From Trichoplax adhaerens (lineage: Eukaryota > Animalia > Placozoa): a stretch of DNA of 64,000 nt. Position numbers and translations under genes: made by a program. Of this stretch, positions 10,018 through 24,450 are shown piece after piece; the first letter of the stretch is position 1, and each line of letters opens with the position of its first letter. The notes beneath the pieces are model-generated. The model worked only from the letters and a program-made list of their open reading frames with translations, was not told the DNA's origin and ran no database searches. The DNA lies in the NCBI RefSeq assembly GCF_000150275.1, contig NW_002060945.1, positions 9,440,011 to 9,504,010 on the forward strand, read 5' to 3'.

Positions 10018-13000
10018 GTAAGACATTATTCTATAATTTCAATTTAATTTGTGAATTGTTTATGGAGGCGATATCATTAAAATAAAATTGATTCCATTAA
10101 CGTAATCGACTTTTATAGTGGAAAAAAATTTGAATTAATGCGCAACGTGGATATTACTCTTCCGTTTATTATTCCCATATTATTTTTTCATCAACTTTGG
10201 ATTAATTCTGTTTGCATTAGTGCGTTACTACCATAATTTAACAACTTTTGTTTCTATAAAGAATGTCTCATTTCACCTTTACAAGCGTCTACATTCTAGT
10301 CGTTAATCGTTACTTCAAATCGTCCTCAAATGGGACATAAAACAACAAACGCCTTCAAAATTGCAAAGTGTTGTCACCCAATAACATCAAAATGTCCCCC
10401 TACTTTTACACTAGATAACGTCAACAGCGATCACTTGCCCATTCATTTTCGCTAATTTTATTATAGTTAACATCCTGAAATGCTTAATCAAGTTTTAAAG
10501 ACGATGTCATTTTCATTGATGCTATGTGAAATTTAAGTGATCTAGCTAACTCACTAGTCATTCTTCAACATCTTACCAATGCGATATTAAACGAGAATCA
10601 TTCTTTTGGTTAGAGTGTAGTATTTTTCAAAGTAGCACCTTAACAGTTAACGCTTATTGTATTACTCTACTATGGAGCCTACAGTAGTAGAGTAAATGAA
10701 CTATAAAGTTGACAGTTGACATTTAACCTATTTGTACACAAACATTACATTAACAAGCGATAAAATATAGAATATTACATGTTGTACAGTATATCGAGCA
10801 CAAGCCGTCGATGATCAAAACGTTGAAAATGATTAAACTATCTGACGCTCTGTACCATATTGGTATGGGCTAACGCCTATGAACAAATTGAAAATTGTGC
10901 ATATCGGTACTTTTATACGCTTTACTATCGGTAGACACTGATTTTACCATCAAAGACTACCCGTATATTGACTATAGAGTTCAAGTATACTGTAAGCCAC
11001 AAGAAATTGTTACACATTGACGAGACTGCTTGTAATAGACGATGCTCGATATTGTAGAACTCCTAAAACGCTTTGTTCTCGACTTATTCTGTATATTATA
11101 GCGGAATAGTGAAAGGAGAAAAGCATTGTGTTCTTTAGTATTTAAATAAATTATATGCGTAGTATACTAGAATTTTTCAACTAATAGAAAGTCGTATCAT
11201 ATTTTTATTTTTTTGGCATTAGAATATCGACATCTATCCAATAGTTTACAATGATTTTTATTACCACCTTCACCCTTGAATTTACGTAGTGTAGGCAATA
11301 CTGTAAACTTTAGTGTAGAGTATAACCAGAGCGGGCAAGTTAGTTATCATGCCTTGAGAATACGCCATACGATATCGCGATAAAACGATGATTGCTAAAG
11401 CATATCACTAAGCCTTCATTTTACATTACTCAATTTAATGCTACCAATCCGTCTTTAACGTTGGTGTTAAGAAAGATACTGGTAATTACATCATATCCGG
11501 TATGATACGTAGTAAATCTCTTAATAAAATGAACCTATTTACGAGTTTGCAGAACTACATCGATTGATAATCCAGAGTTTTACTAACTTCATATCTTACG
11601 CGTATACTCTAATTTTTTTGCATATTGATCAACTTTGAAGGCAAATTTTTATTGACATAACTTTTCGATAAAGAATACTTGAGTGGACGCATCAGTAAAT
11701 AATGACATATTTTATTGTCAAATAAATACAAATGATCAAATAGTTCGATTTACACTTCCTACAAGAATAGCTATAAATTGCGGTAGGATATAATTAGAGG
11801 GTATTAGCTTGATGAATAGGAAAAGGTCGATATCTTGTCGACTAAAAAGGCAATATAGTTAAAATCATCAAATAGTATTTGTAAATATTTTACTGCAAAA
11901 GGAAAGCAAACAGATTCACCCAAATATAAGACAATCACCTAGATTAAACACTATCAAGATTCATAGCCAGAAGCCGGTAGTTACTATATAGGAAAGTAGT
12001 TCCTTTTTCGTTATACCGTACGGGAATATTGCATAATATAATGATTGCATTAAGCAATCCAGCGATTTCGTTACCAATAGTAAAAACATGAGCTAGGAAT
12101 TTTAGTGCCATAAGCAATTGTCATTCATACACTCGTCATCGAATGGATAGCTTTTTGAATGATACCTACCTTAAGGTCAAATAGAAACGATTGTTTCAGG
12201 AGCCTCTTTTAATATACAGTACTGTAGGACATACAGTATCGACCTTTTAATACATTTACTAAAAAAAATTTGATTTTAACGCTGCCATATGTTTAATATT
12301 TTACGTGTAAACATATCATTGTAGTGGGTTAAAGGTATCCTAAATATTAATCCATCAACAATGATAACATTATGATCGGAAATTAAAAGTATGAAAAATG
12401 TATCATGTTGTAGTCGGCATAAATAAATTAAATTTTAAAGAATCAGACCCGACTTTCAAAGATCGCAATGTAATTAGTATGATCAAAATGATATGTAAAT
12501 AAATTATACATAAAATAAGGAATGATATTTGCAATAGTTTAGACATTTTTTTGTTTGTCTTTGATTATACAGCACATTTCATTACAACTGTAGATGTAAA
12601 ATAAAATTATTAGATAGATAAACAGTTCTTACGCTCAGATGATAATTACAATACATTAGTGTAAACTACTATATTTGCCTTATATGTTATACATAAAAAT
12701 CTAAACGTTAATGTGTCGTGAGTAATAACATAATTACAGCGAGAGTAAAGCATTCAAAAGTAGGAGATCATATTTTATTTAAGGCATGCTGTTGATCACT
12801 ATCTAGTAATACGGAACACTAAATACTGATAAAATGGCGATTTACAAAGACAATGCGATACGACTATAATATATTTTCGCAAAATATATTACCCAATTTT
12901 AATCTTTAGATCAACGGAAGCGTGATACGCACTAGTATCATAATATAATGTTTAGTTTATGGTATCCTGTACATTACTATCCACAATAAATCTGTTACGC

Positions 13001-14509
13001 GTGATTTAATGAACTAGTTCACGACAACAACAACAATTAAAAGCAAAACAAATAAAAAATACGTAGAGATGATTACTACATTCACAATTCTTCTTTTACT
13101 TTATAATCAGATGAATTTAATGGCATAATCTGAATGAAATAAGCAATTTACTAATCACTAACAATATCCCAGTCTTACATCAAAGTTTATCGGCTAACGT
13201 GTACGTATACAGTAGAGTGAAACTTCAGACATAGAACAAATATCGTAAAATACATGACTGATAGTGTACTATTCAGTATTATACACTTTCTGGTGCGATT
13301 ATAGTATCAAATTCTAATCAATATGTACACTAAAGGGTCAAAATTTTTCATTTTTCTTCATCTTCTTGCGATTAAACTTACTAACATTAGCTTCCCAAGA
13401 CGACTACGTAAACCTCTATAAGCATACTTTACAATCAATACACGTACTTTTATATTTAAAATTGATACAGTAAATTAAAGCTTCAAATCATTCATAATTG
13501 ATTATTATATAATGATTTGATTGAATGTATTTAATTTCTGGGCTCAACAATAGACTACTTCTTATTGCATCGCTAATTTAAAGAAGTCAATAGTCAAGAT
13601 AGCGCTGATTGAGAGATTAGACAAAATATAGACAAAAACTGTAAATTGGAGTATTGGGATATCTATAGTCATGGGCGGCGTACTACATTATCGCCGTCTT
13701 GAAATAATAATAATGGCCTAAGAAAAATTTACACGTGCATTAAAATGTAATGAATTAATTGTCCCTATTTCATTTAACTGTGGACAGCATAATTGATGCT
13801 ATCTAGTACTCCAATATGCGCGTATTTCTAACTACTGTATTCGCATATAAATTCGCTTAAAAGTTTAATTGCACGACACTCTAATGCCGGAAATGAAGAA
13901 GGAAAATTACCGATACTATGTAGTCATTGTAGTCAAGATAGCTGTATGCGTAGTGAGTCAGTTAATTTTTCTTTGAATAAGAAAGATTACAAAAAGAACT
14001 GCAATTATATCACAAAGCATTCAGTATGTTATAATGCGGTAAATACATAAAAATTTAACGGTATTCCACTAATGCAAAATCTACAGCTTAAAAGAATAAT
14101 TTTAGTAATCGCACAGTAGGACTAGTTTCGATTTCTGCCATTATAATATACGGATAGTAAGACTGTCACAAAGTTTTTGCATATTCTACCACTGTTAAAC
14201 CTTAAAGTATCATGATCGGTATAGTTTGTTTTCCAGTATTTATCATCATTACTAGTACACGCATATTTCGATAGAAATCTCTCTCTTTACTTACTCTTAA
14301 AAACTTACAATATCTGAATCGTTGACTAACTCTACCATCTTGAGCAATACTATTTATATATAATTAAAGTTAAAGTATCATAAGTTATAGATATTGTTCC
14401 GTTTAAGTAATTTTTTGCATTCATTAATAACGTATGCATCTTTTCTATCACCTATAGCCCAACAAAACACATCGACTTTGGCGTTGGACTCTAAACTCAT
14501 CGCTCCATC

Positions 14510-17500
14510 ATGATTTGGCGTGGATCACTTATGACTGTAGTGTTTTGCCTTCTCTTACCTGGCTACTACGCACAAGGTATACATAGCGATGTTTCATATG
14601 CTACTATACAGTATACGCGTATATCTAATTAGGTTCAGTATTCTTATACACTATACACTATTATATATTTGGCAATATCTATTATATTATTATTATAGTT
14701 TTAAAATTGTTACGGTAAGAAAAGGGTATTACTTTTAAACAAATTACATGATGTGAATACAAAGTATCGTAAGAACTGATCTATATCACAATCAATGATT
14801 ACAATAATAATTTTAGAACACTGTGGAAAAAAATTTATATATCTATAAACCATATTAATCAAAATAGATATTATGAATACGTTCCAAAAATATTTACTAC
14901 GATAATGTTAATATCGTTCTCAATTTCGATGTTTTACAGAGTACTACGAATTTACCACACATCCAAGCAATGTCTACCTTGCAGGAGGCGTACCTCAAGT
15001 TGTGATGTCTTGCAGAGCCGCACCTGTAACAGGCTTAACTTGGACTTATCAATGGCGACTAAATAATGATTATCTTTCTGCCCAACAAAGAGGCAATGCT
15101 AGATTCACCGGATTTAACAGTAATGAGCTTACAATAGGATCCGCTACTAGCGATATTTACGATACCACTCTTTTCGGTAAAGGTAATAATTTCACATGTG
15201 TGGCAACCAATAATAATGGACCTATAACGTCAAGAATCGCAAATATCTTCCGTGTTGGTAAGTTACACCCATAGAAATAACGTTTAACTCTTATATAACT
15301 TATATGCCATACGGTACTCGTATTTAAAACGCTATCATAAGGAATTAACATAATAATATTTCCGAATTTATTATATACCGTACTAAAATATCAGATATTT
15401 TCAGGTAAACCATTCTTTCAAGGAAACAGTAAATTAAACAAAGAAGCTACCTTTTTAGCGGGTCAAGCTACAAGTATCCAATGTGGTGACACAAAATTTC
15501 CGGAAATTCCTATCACCTTATTGTGGCATTACACGAGAAATGAATTACGCTTTAATCCATCATCCGATGGAAGAATTGCGATCGCCTTAGATGGCACTCT
15601 ATATTTCGCTAACTTACTTGTTTCTGATGCAACGCGTTATCGTTGTGGTGTAAGGCCTACTCAACCAATCACAAGTACAAATATATTTTTTTCAGGAAAC
15701 ACAACATTAGCTATACAGCCAAGAGGTTAGTCTAAAATAAATCAAGTTACACCTCGAACAGCGACTACATCTTTTAAAATTTCTTTAGTACTTCGATGCT
15801 CTAATTACTATTAACGTAGTAGCAGCAGTTGTCAAATATTACAATTTATACATAAATTATTCCAGACATACTAATATAATGTAGAATTTTAATTTCTAAT
15901 AGTCATCAAACGTTGTACTTTTTTCAAATAATACATTTTTATTATTGTACTTGCAATTAATATTTACTAATCTATAACTTGTAAATTTTAATCTATCCTT
16001 TTCGTAAATTTTTCATCACAGTTTGCACCGGTCAATTATGTGGTAAGTACACAAATAGTTCGATATGATATTGTGTATTACTTGTCTTTTATTATGAGCT
16101 TTTACTTTTTAAGCTAAGTAATATTAACTTACATACTGTATAATATCGTAACAGATTTTGGTCCAGAATTGCATAAAAGGTCCGGTAATGTGCAAGCAGT
16201 GATCGGTTCATCGATTACCTTAGAATGTATCCCCAAAGGAAGGTATCTATTGATAATACGGAAATCAAAGATGTATAGCTGGGTTACTCGCTCAATCATG
16301 AGGCCTATTATGAAATGTAGTAGTTTTCCTTTACATAACATTTAACAGTTATTAAATTACAGTGTAAACTTATTCATTACGTCGTATCTAAACTCAAGAA
16401 TTTCAATTTACTATTTCAGACCAACTCCTATTATCAGCTGGTGCTTGTATAACTCTAACACTCAATTATGCAACAACATCCAAGCATCATCTAAGTACGC
16501 TTATAGTCAAGCCAGTAATAGGCTAACTATTAATAATCTCATTCCTCAAGATGCTGGAACGTATAGATGTATAGCAAAAAGTATAAAATCTATACAATGG
16601 GATAATGTCTTACAAGTCGATCGTAAGTTAGATTTTGACAAGATTATAATTATCTAGCAAAGCTGTCCAAAATAATATATTGTGTTAATTGACAATGAGG
16701 ATTGCTTCGATTTTTAATTTAATAGCAAAATTGACATGGATAACAAGGTTTAGATCAATGTCTGCTTCAATCGAAGATACTGTAACTTTTCCTTGTACTG
16801 CATATGGCACGCCGCCATTAAAATATACGTGGTATAAACAAGCCATTAAATTTCCCCTGACTAATAGTCGATTCATTATGTCGAGTACAAGTGGAAATTT
16901 AACAATAAGAAATCTATTAAGTAATGATACCGGCGTTTACCAATGCGTTGTTGAAGACAGATATAACAGAATTGCAAGTGGAGGATACTTCGAAGTCAAA
17001 GGTTAAATATTAGCTTATAGCTATCTTTACAATGATTAGCTGTAAATCTACTTAGTTAAAAAGTTGAAGGTTATACTGTATTTTGATATAATAAATTCTC
17101 AAAAGTAAATAAGTATGCTAAACTGTTATTTAGTCGATCCGTATATTACTTATTGAGATAAAATTATATCGGTAACAATTCAGTACAGTACTATTAACTT
17201 TCTTATTCACTTATATAGTAGTCTTTAAATCGTTATCTTGCTTAGTCTATGTTCTCTAAATTTATTCTACTTTGTTAAATTGATATAGTATTTGCAGCCA
17301 GATTTACTGAGACGATGCAACAACAGCAGATTATTCAAGTTGGTCCATCAGCACAAGTAGTATGCCCAATTGACGGAGGTCCAAAACCGACCATTGATTA
17401 CTTCTTTAACGGAAACCAGATATCATTGTTGGGCTCTAATAAATATGAAAGATTACGAAATGGTAATTTATTGGTTAAGAATGTCGTCTTAGCAGATGGA

Positions 17501-20500
17501 GGAAACTATACTTGTAGAGGAAGAAATCGATATAATCCAGTGAATACCTACGTTACTGGTTGGGCAAGGGCTCATGTTTACCGTAAGTTAACCCTTATGC
17601 TATGACGTTTTCTGATATAGATTACAAAAGCTATCAATAATTTAGATAGTATTATTTTAAAACTTCCGTTTAAGCTAATACAATACAATCCTATATAATT
17701 CAGTAGATATTCATCTTGATCGTAATCTCATAAGATCTATTAAAATTGTTATTTTTCATTTTCGATAGTTCTAAAATCAGATCTAATCAATTCTATATAT
17801 ATCTTACCGACAAATATCCTTTCATCTCATTAGTCTTATCCTTCTTAGTATCCGTAAAAATATTACATCATATTTCTTGCCTATTGTTTTTAGTGTTTAA
17901 CAATTAATTGACGTAGTCAGAGAGATTGTAAGACTTGATACGTATTTAACCCTATTTTTTAACAAATATTCTTAAAGCTACAACTTCTTATCCATGCAGT
18001 GATAGTTTATTAAGACTTCTCTACAGTACTTTCATTCTCATCTATATCCGATAACAAAGTATAAGTTCGTATGAGAAAGATACCTTGAAGACATTACTTG
18101 AGTAGATTGTACTTTAAAGAGCTCTTAATTGAATTGCTCTAACGTTTACAGAAGCGACTAAAATTCTGGAAGGTCCAACTACCCGAAGCTATCGTATTGG
18201 CTCTACAGTAACTATCCCATGCAATGTTACAGCTGATTCTAGAATTAGGAATGCGGTTACAGTAGTATGGCAAAGGAATGGTCAATCTATACAAGCTTCA
18301 TCCAAATATGTACTACGAAATTTATATCCTAATTACGCCTTGACTATTAACAACGCTCAAATCGCAGAAAGTGGAAATTACTCATGTAGAATGACTGTTG
18401 ATGTCGCTCAATTACCAGGAAAAACAATTACTGATACTAAAATTGGAAACATAGCATTCAATGGTAAGATTAATAGAGAAAATTCACTGAATCAGCCTAG
18501 ATATTCTCAGTCATTATATTGAATAGTACCGTATACGTTAAGTAGCGATATAAGACGATAGCAAAACATTAAGATAATTACTATTCGTAGCAGTTGACTT
18601 TTATTTCTGTTCTTAGCTGTTCCACTACCTCCTACTCTTGCTTCTGGAAGATTAGTAAATAGCAGTATGCTATTTCTTAACTGGACTTTCGCAACCGATA
18701 ACGAAAACAATAGTCCTTTGAAAAAGTTTGTCGTCCAATTCAGATCAAACTATATCTCAACTATTCGAACACTTTTGGAAATACCCAACATCAACCAACG
18801 AAGTACCTTCATAACTCCATCCCCATATATAACATACACTTTATACGTAGCTGCAGAAAACGGCGTTGGCCTTAGCCAAAGGAGTAATCAATTACAAATT
18901 AGAAATCCTAATACAGCTGGTACGATTAATATAATAGTTACTCCTCTTATGACTATCATCAATTTTTTAATTATATCATTTACGCGTATAAAACGACATC
19001 TAACAAATAGTATAACAATGTGCTAAAGTTACTGTTGTTAATTCTTAAAAGCCATTTTATCGATAACTTTTTTCAATAATGAGCTCACTAACACAAAGTA
19101 ATTTCATTTTTAGTTCCTACCGACGCACCTACTAATCTTTATACGCTAGTCAATTCAGCAGATTTAACAACATTAACCGTTTACTGGACAGTAAGTTATT
19201 TTTAATATTTCTAGGTTTCTCACTACGTTTATATCTGTTTCAACTATATTTACATTAATCTTTGATATAGTTACTTATCATAGTTTCATATAAGATAGGT
19301 GCACGTTTTCGTTAAAACTAGTCAAAAATTTAAATAATAATATCTAATTTATTTTCAGCCACTAACAGGTGAACAAGCTAATGGCCCAAACTTAAGGTAT
19401 CTGTTAAGATACAGGAAGAGTAATACTGCCAACTCTTATAAGACCATCGACGTAACCGGCTCTAGTTACACAATTTCCGGATTAGAAGCTCGAGTTAATT
19501 ATGATTTCGATCTTCGAGCGCGTAACGATATTGGCCCAAGTGCAGTATTTGCTTACTATCTCGGATGTACATGCGAACAAAGTAAGAAAACTGTACACCT
19601 TGCTTCTTCTAATTTATGATTAATTAGATAGTACCAAGTTATTCTCTACTAGTCTTTTATAATAAAATTTAATTTCGTCTTGATTAGAAACAAGCATAGT
19701 TATTCAAGTAACTAAGTTATTGTTAACCATTAATACAATTATTATCGAAAACTAATGTTAATTAATGTATCTATATACTTTATACTGATGATATCAAGGG
19801 CCTGTCGGAATACCATTCAATGTAACCGTAGTAGTAACAAATGCAAACATCGTTATTAATTGGTTACAAGTACCTGTGCATTTGCAGGGCGGAAAAATCA
19901 CGGCTAATCGGGTAAAATACTAAACAGAGTCCTATTGTGTTATCACTATAGATATAAATTAATCAAATGTACTAGATCTTACAAATCGCGGGTATACCTA
20001 TACATCAATTATTTAGTAAGCTAAACTGTATTCTGTCAGTCAATAACGTTAATAATTTCTTATATTCGGAATGAATGTATGTATGTATACATACGCGTAC
20101 TTACACAAATCGTTTATACGTACATGCTAAACATCGTAGTAGATAGTAGAAATAAACTTACTACAAATTTAAAAATAAATTTCGAATACTAAGAATATTT
20201 ACGATTTAACTTTTTTATATTACAGGTTAGATTAACACAAGTTACTTCTGGAACACAAAATACCATCTTAATCAATTCTACAACTAGTATTACTCTTTAC
20301 GGTTTAGCACCTAATACTAATTATACCGTTGCTATTAGCGGCAGAAATGCTGCTGGAGAAGGTCCCTTTTCTGTTCCTAAAACCTTTAGAACTGGCAGCA
20401 TAGGTAATAAGGATAATATATGTATTAGTCTTTACCGGTAATATACGTACAATAGAGAACTTTAACAAATTAAGCTACAAGACGGTATTTTTCTTCTTTT

Positions 20501-21929
20501 CTCGTACGCTAATTGTAGATACAGCATATAAACCAGTTTTAGGCTTTCCTATTAGCAGTGATATAACTAATGATACTGTTACTTTACGATGGACTATCGT
20601 TGGTCAACCGTTTTATTTCCAGCCTCAATACAGACTTTCAAGTAAGTAATGTACCGCAATGTTAAAGTTTTCTATCATTTTAGCTGCTACTTCAGCGATA
20701 GCAAAGAAGAACAAATTATTGCTAAACCGAGCTAATTACTACATAAGAAGCGCTTTAAAAGAATTCTCTCTTGTTTGTGACTTTATTTTTATTAGATCAA
20801 ATATGGATATCTAGTAATAATCTTACAAGGCAAACAGCAAATGTAGTAATAAGAGGACTTCTACCGAATACAGCTTACGAATTCAGAGTTAATGCGATCT
20901 ATTTTAGCGGACGAAATATATCAAGCGATATCCGAGCTGTACAAACTAAAAGTAAATATAAGATCACTTGTAGTAGCAAGAATGAACTAACTTTTCTATT
21001 AGTTAGACGATACAACTATAACCCATACAAGTAGTAATGAAAAATCTATGTATATCTGATATACTTAGCTAGATTGATTCCTTTTTCGCTTTATAGATAC
21101 TATCGGACAACAAGTTCGACCTTTTTATCAAGAAGCATGGTTTATCATTATTATTGTTATAGCTTGTCTAGCCCTTATTATAGCTATAGCTGTCCTACTT
21201 TGCAAAGGCCGTAAGAAAGCAGGTAAATTTCCAGGTTAGTGTGAATGTTGATGATCTTATTATAGTAGCCTACTAGCTTATATGTCTTCTATTACTTTTA
21301 AAATTAATCGGCTATTTTTTTCAATTTCTTTGTTTATATCGTATTCATATTAGCAGTTCCAAAAGGCAAACAGTAAGTCAACCTTTTCAAAGTTTTCTTA
21401 ATTATAGAGTAATTTCGATAGTCTACATTGATTTATTAGCTATTATTTTTCTTAATATTTTCATATGCGCAGACTTTATTCTTTATTAATGTAACAAGAA
21501 TATTAGAGCTATTATATATTGACGGATTACTACTATTAATGATTTACTGTTAGGAATCCACCCATTCCACCGCCTCCTGAAACAACGAACGAGGAATATG
21601 ATACCATTAAGAGACCACCTTTGCCTCACCCTCAGACTGAAACAATCCATCATGGAGATGAGTCGTTGCTTGACAATAATAGTATCGATAGCCTTGAACA
21701 ATATGCTGACTTGCCTGGATTAAGTAAATTTAATGAGGACGGCTCATTTATTGGTGAATATGGCGACAAGGAAATGGACAGATACAGCCAATATAATCAT
21801 GAAGGTGTTATCGAGCCAACTGGTAGTCAATATGGCGCAGTCCGGGATGATGCAAGCTATCATACTAATCATACTAATCATAAGACCCTTGATGTTGATA
21901 ATAGCACTACTTTTTCAACTTTTGTCTAA
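14510..21929 (+). CDS. L1-family (neuroglian/NrCAM/SAX-7-like) cell adhesion molecule, paralog A: signal peptide, 6 Ig, 4 FN3, TM, ankyrin-binding tail; 19 coding exons, ~1200 aa
   Basis: Exons 14510-14576 (MIWRGSLMTVVFCLLLPGYYAQ), 14940-15257, 15405-15725, 16022-16042, 16155-16242, 16420-16622, 16726-17001, 17289-17582, 18152-18463, 18617-18919, 19114-19190, 19359-19581, 19799-19911, 20226-20403, 20519-20641, 20796-20951, 21097-21234 (TM WFIIIIVIACLALIIAIAVLLC), 21357-21372, 21554-21929 sum to 3603 nt in frame. Ig signatures (DAGTYRC, DTGVYQC, DGGNYTC, ESGNYSC), the L1-type Ig2 motif DGTLYFAN, FN3 motifs (GLAPNTNY, GLLPNTAYEFRV) and tail DSLEQY..FNEDGSFIGEY..STFV are present. Confidence 0.93.
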
Positions 21930-23159
21930 TTTCTGGCATAGCTCAGCATCTTCTCAACTAGAATATTTAAATCGTTCAAATTCAGTATTTTATGTGACAG
22001 CAAGATTCCTTTTCTTGATCTGCATATTATGCCTATGCAGTATTATTAACTAGTTAAAAGTGATGATAAAATCCATTTAATAATTTTAACATTGTTTACT
22101 TGGAAAAGATCAGATCATAGTAATAAGAAAAGAAACAATCGTGGCAAGTTACAATTAATTTAATATTGGATCTAGGTATTCATTTTTTAATCTCTCCAAT
22201 AATAATCGAATCATAATTCAATAATGTTACTACAGCAATACCGCAAGGTCCTAAGGGCTACAATTAATTCTTGTCACATCAAGTAATCGGTCTCACTCTT
22301 ATATTCTGAAGTAATCTATGCATATAACAATGTTCATTCATGATTGTGTAAGAACAACACCTACTCGTTGGATTATATTGTAATTTGATCACGTATGGAA
22401 GCTTAATACTAGAAAATTATAGAGAATCTATAATTGAAAATCATTGGAATTACGATATAAAGAAATAGATTCTGGAAGATCTTGTTAGAGTAGATTAACT
22501 CTTCATTTTTTAGGGATAGAGCGATAACTGAACGGTGATTTTGGACACATTTATAGCTATGTTACTAGCATCTATCGCATATAAATTGAATATATTTCTA
22601 CTACTAAAAGATTCATTTATACTATTTATTCACTTTTAATATCCTGAATACTCTAAGTCCATAAAAGATCGAATACGAAACCCGCAATAATGTCAGGAAG
22701 TAATAATTCATTTTGTTTAATCTGTTAGTTTTGATATTTACTAGCGTGGTGTAATCGCCTGGCATGTATTCACTGGACCATTAACTTTGACTTTATATAA
22801 TTATAATTGTACTTGTGAAAGGATACATTTGTACAAATATCCTATCTTATTCCTATTGCGGCAATATCATAGCGGGTCTTATTTAATCCAAGTTTATCTA
22901 TTACCGTATTCATCATTCATTGATTTATCCAACTTAGTAATTTTAAGAAGTTTTCCCTGTATATTGATATTAAAGATAATGATGATATTCAGCTTGCACT
23001 TCGGTTGCAAATTGTATGTATGTCCAAAATCTTACGATTTCAACCATCATTACTTATACTAGTATACTTTCATTTTAGAAAGATACTGTGGCATTTTTAC
23101 TTTAATAGCATTGATAATTTTCAAGATTTGTGTCCGATTTGTTAAATAGAGTAATAAAA

Positions 23160-24450
23160 GAGACAGAAGTTATGCATTCAATTGTGTGATGACTTTTATC
23201 CATTTAGCTAAATAGAAAATTAACATCAGCAGCACAATATTGAATGCTACTTGCAAAGTATAAGTAAGACAGCATAAGTAATCCCTAAATTTATTATTCT
23301 CTACTACGGGACTTTAATCTACGTAAGAAGCTTTGCTTAGTGCATACTTTCATAACTCTAGTTATAATGTAGAAAGATTAGATCGCATTATTTCTTAATA
23401 AAGGCGATAAAAGTTATCCAATCGATCGTTACGGTAGCTTTCATTAATATACCGAAATAAAAACTAACGTCAAGACAGCATCAGGTACTACTTTCATTTG
23501 TATATAAGACAGTAGTAGCTTTACCCATACTTAAATTGATTATATAATATTCTCTACTAAAAGATTTCTTACTTGTACATTATAACTTCTGTCTAGTGGA
23601 TGCAGTTAATAAAGGCGGTAGAAATTATACTGTACAATCGATTTTTATGATAGCTTTCATTAATTTAGTGAAGTAGAAAACTAACATCAAGACAATATCA
23701 TGTACTACTTTCACTCGTAACCAAACCTTTCTCAGGTCTAGGTTGTAGCTTTATCTATATTTATATTAAGTATTCTCTACTAAGAAATTTCTTGTTTATA
23801 CCGTAGTTCCTGACATATAAAGAAACTAGATTACATTTTTCATCGTAAAAGAAATCAAAGTGATACAATCGACTATAAGCATAATTTTATCAATTTAACA
23901 AAACAGAAACTCACCATTATCAAGACAATATTGAAAGCTACTTGAATTCTATATAAGACATTACTAACTACCCCTAAATAGATTATTCACTATTACAGAA
24001 TTTCTTGCTACAAATAAGAAGCTCCACCTGGTGCATGACTTTTATGGTTCTAGTGACAATGTAGAAAATTATATTACGTCTCTTTACGATAAAGATGATA
24101 GAAATTATGCAATAGATCATGATAATTTTTATCAACTTAGCAATATATAATACATAGAAAGTTATCATATCACTAAACATCGAACGCAATTGGTGGTATA
24201 TGGAAACAACGTTAACTACACCTAATTAAATATTCTCTATTAAAGAATTTCTTACTTGCATAAAAAGTTCTACCTAATACGTCATATGACTCTCATAGTT
24301 CTAGTAATAGAAAAATTATATCAGGTAATTTCGTCATAAAAGAGATAGAATAGTAAAATCGATAGTTACGATGACTTCATCAATTTAGCAGAAATATCCT
24401 ATATAAGGTAACGCTAACTGTATCTAAAGTAATTATTTTACAGCAGTTAT
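23160..24450. repeat. Degenerate tandem array, ~235-bp unit, ~6 copies (3' of gene A)
   Basis: Motif tt(c/t)atyaatttag..aaatagaaaactaacatcaagaca..atca..tactacttt recurs near 23195, 23440, 23656, 23887, 24129 and 24375. Confidence 0.75.

Noticed and set aside
15157-22053. Antisense and alternative-frame ORFs over the L1-like gene, repeated in copy B
   Set aside because: Their recurrence in both copies only reflects DNA identity of the duplicate, not independent coding.
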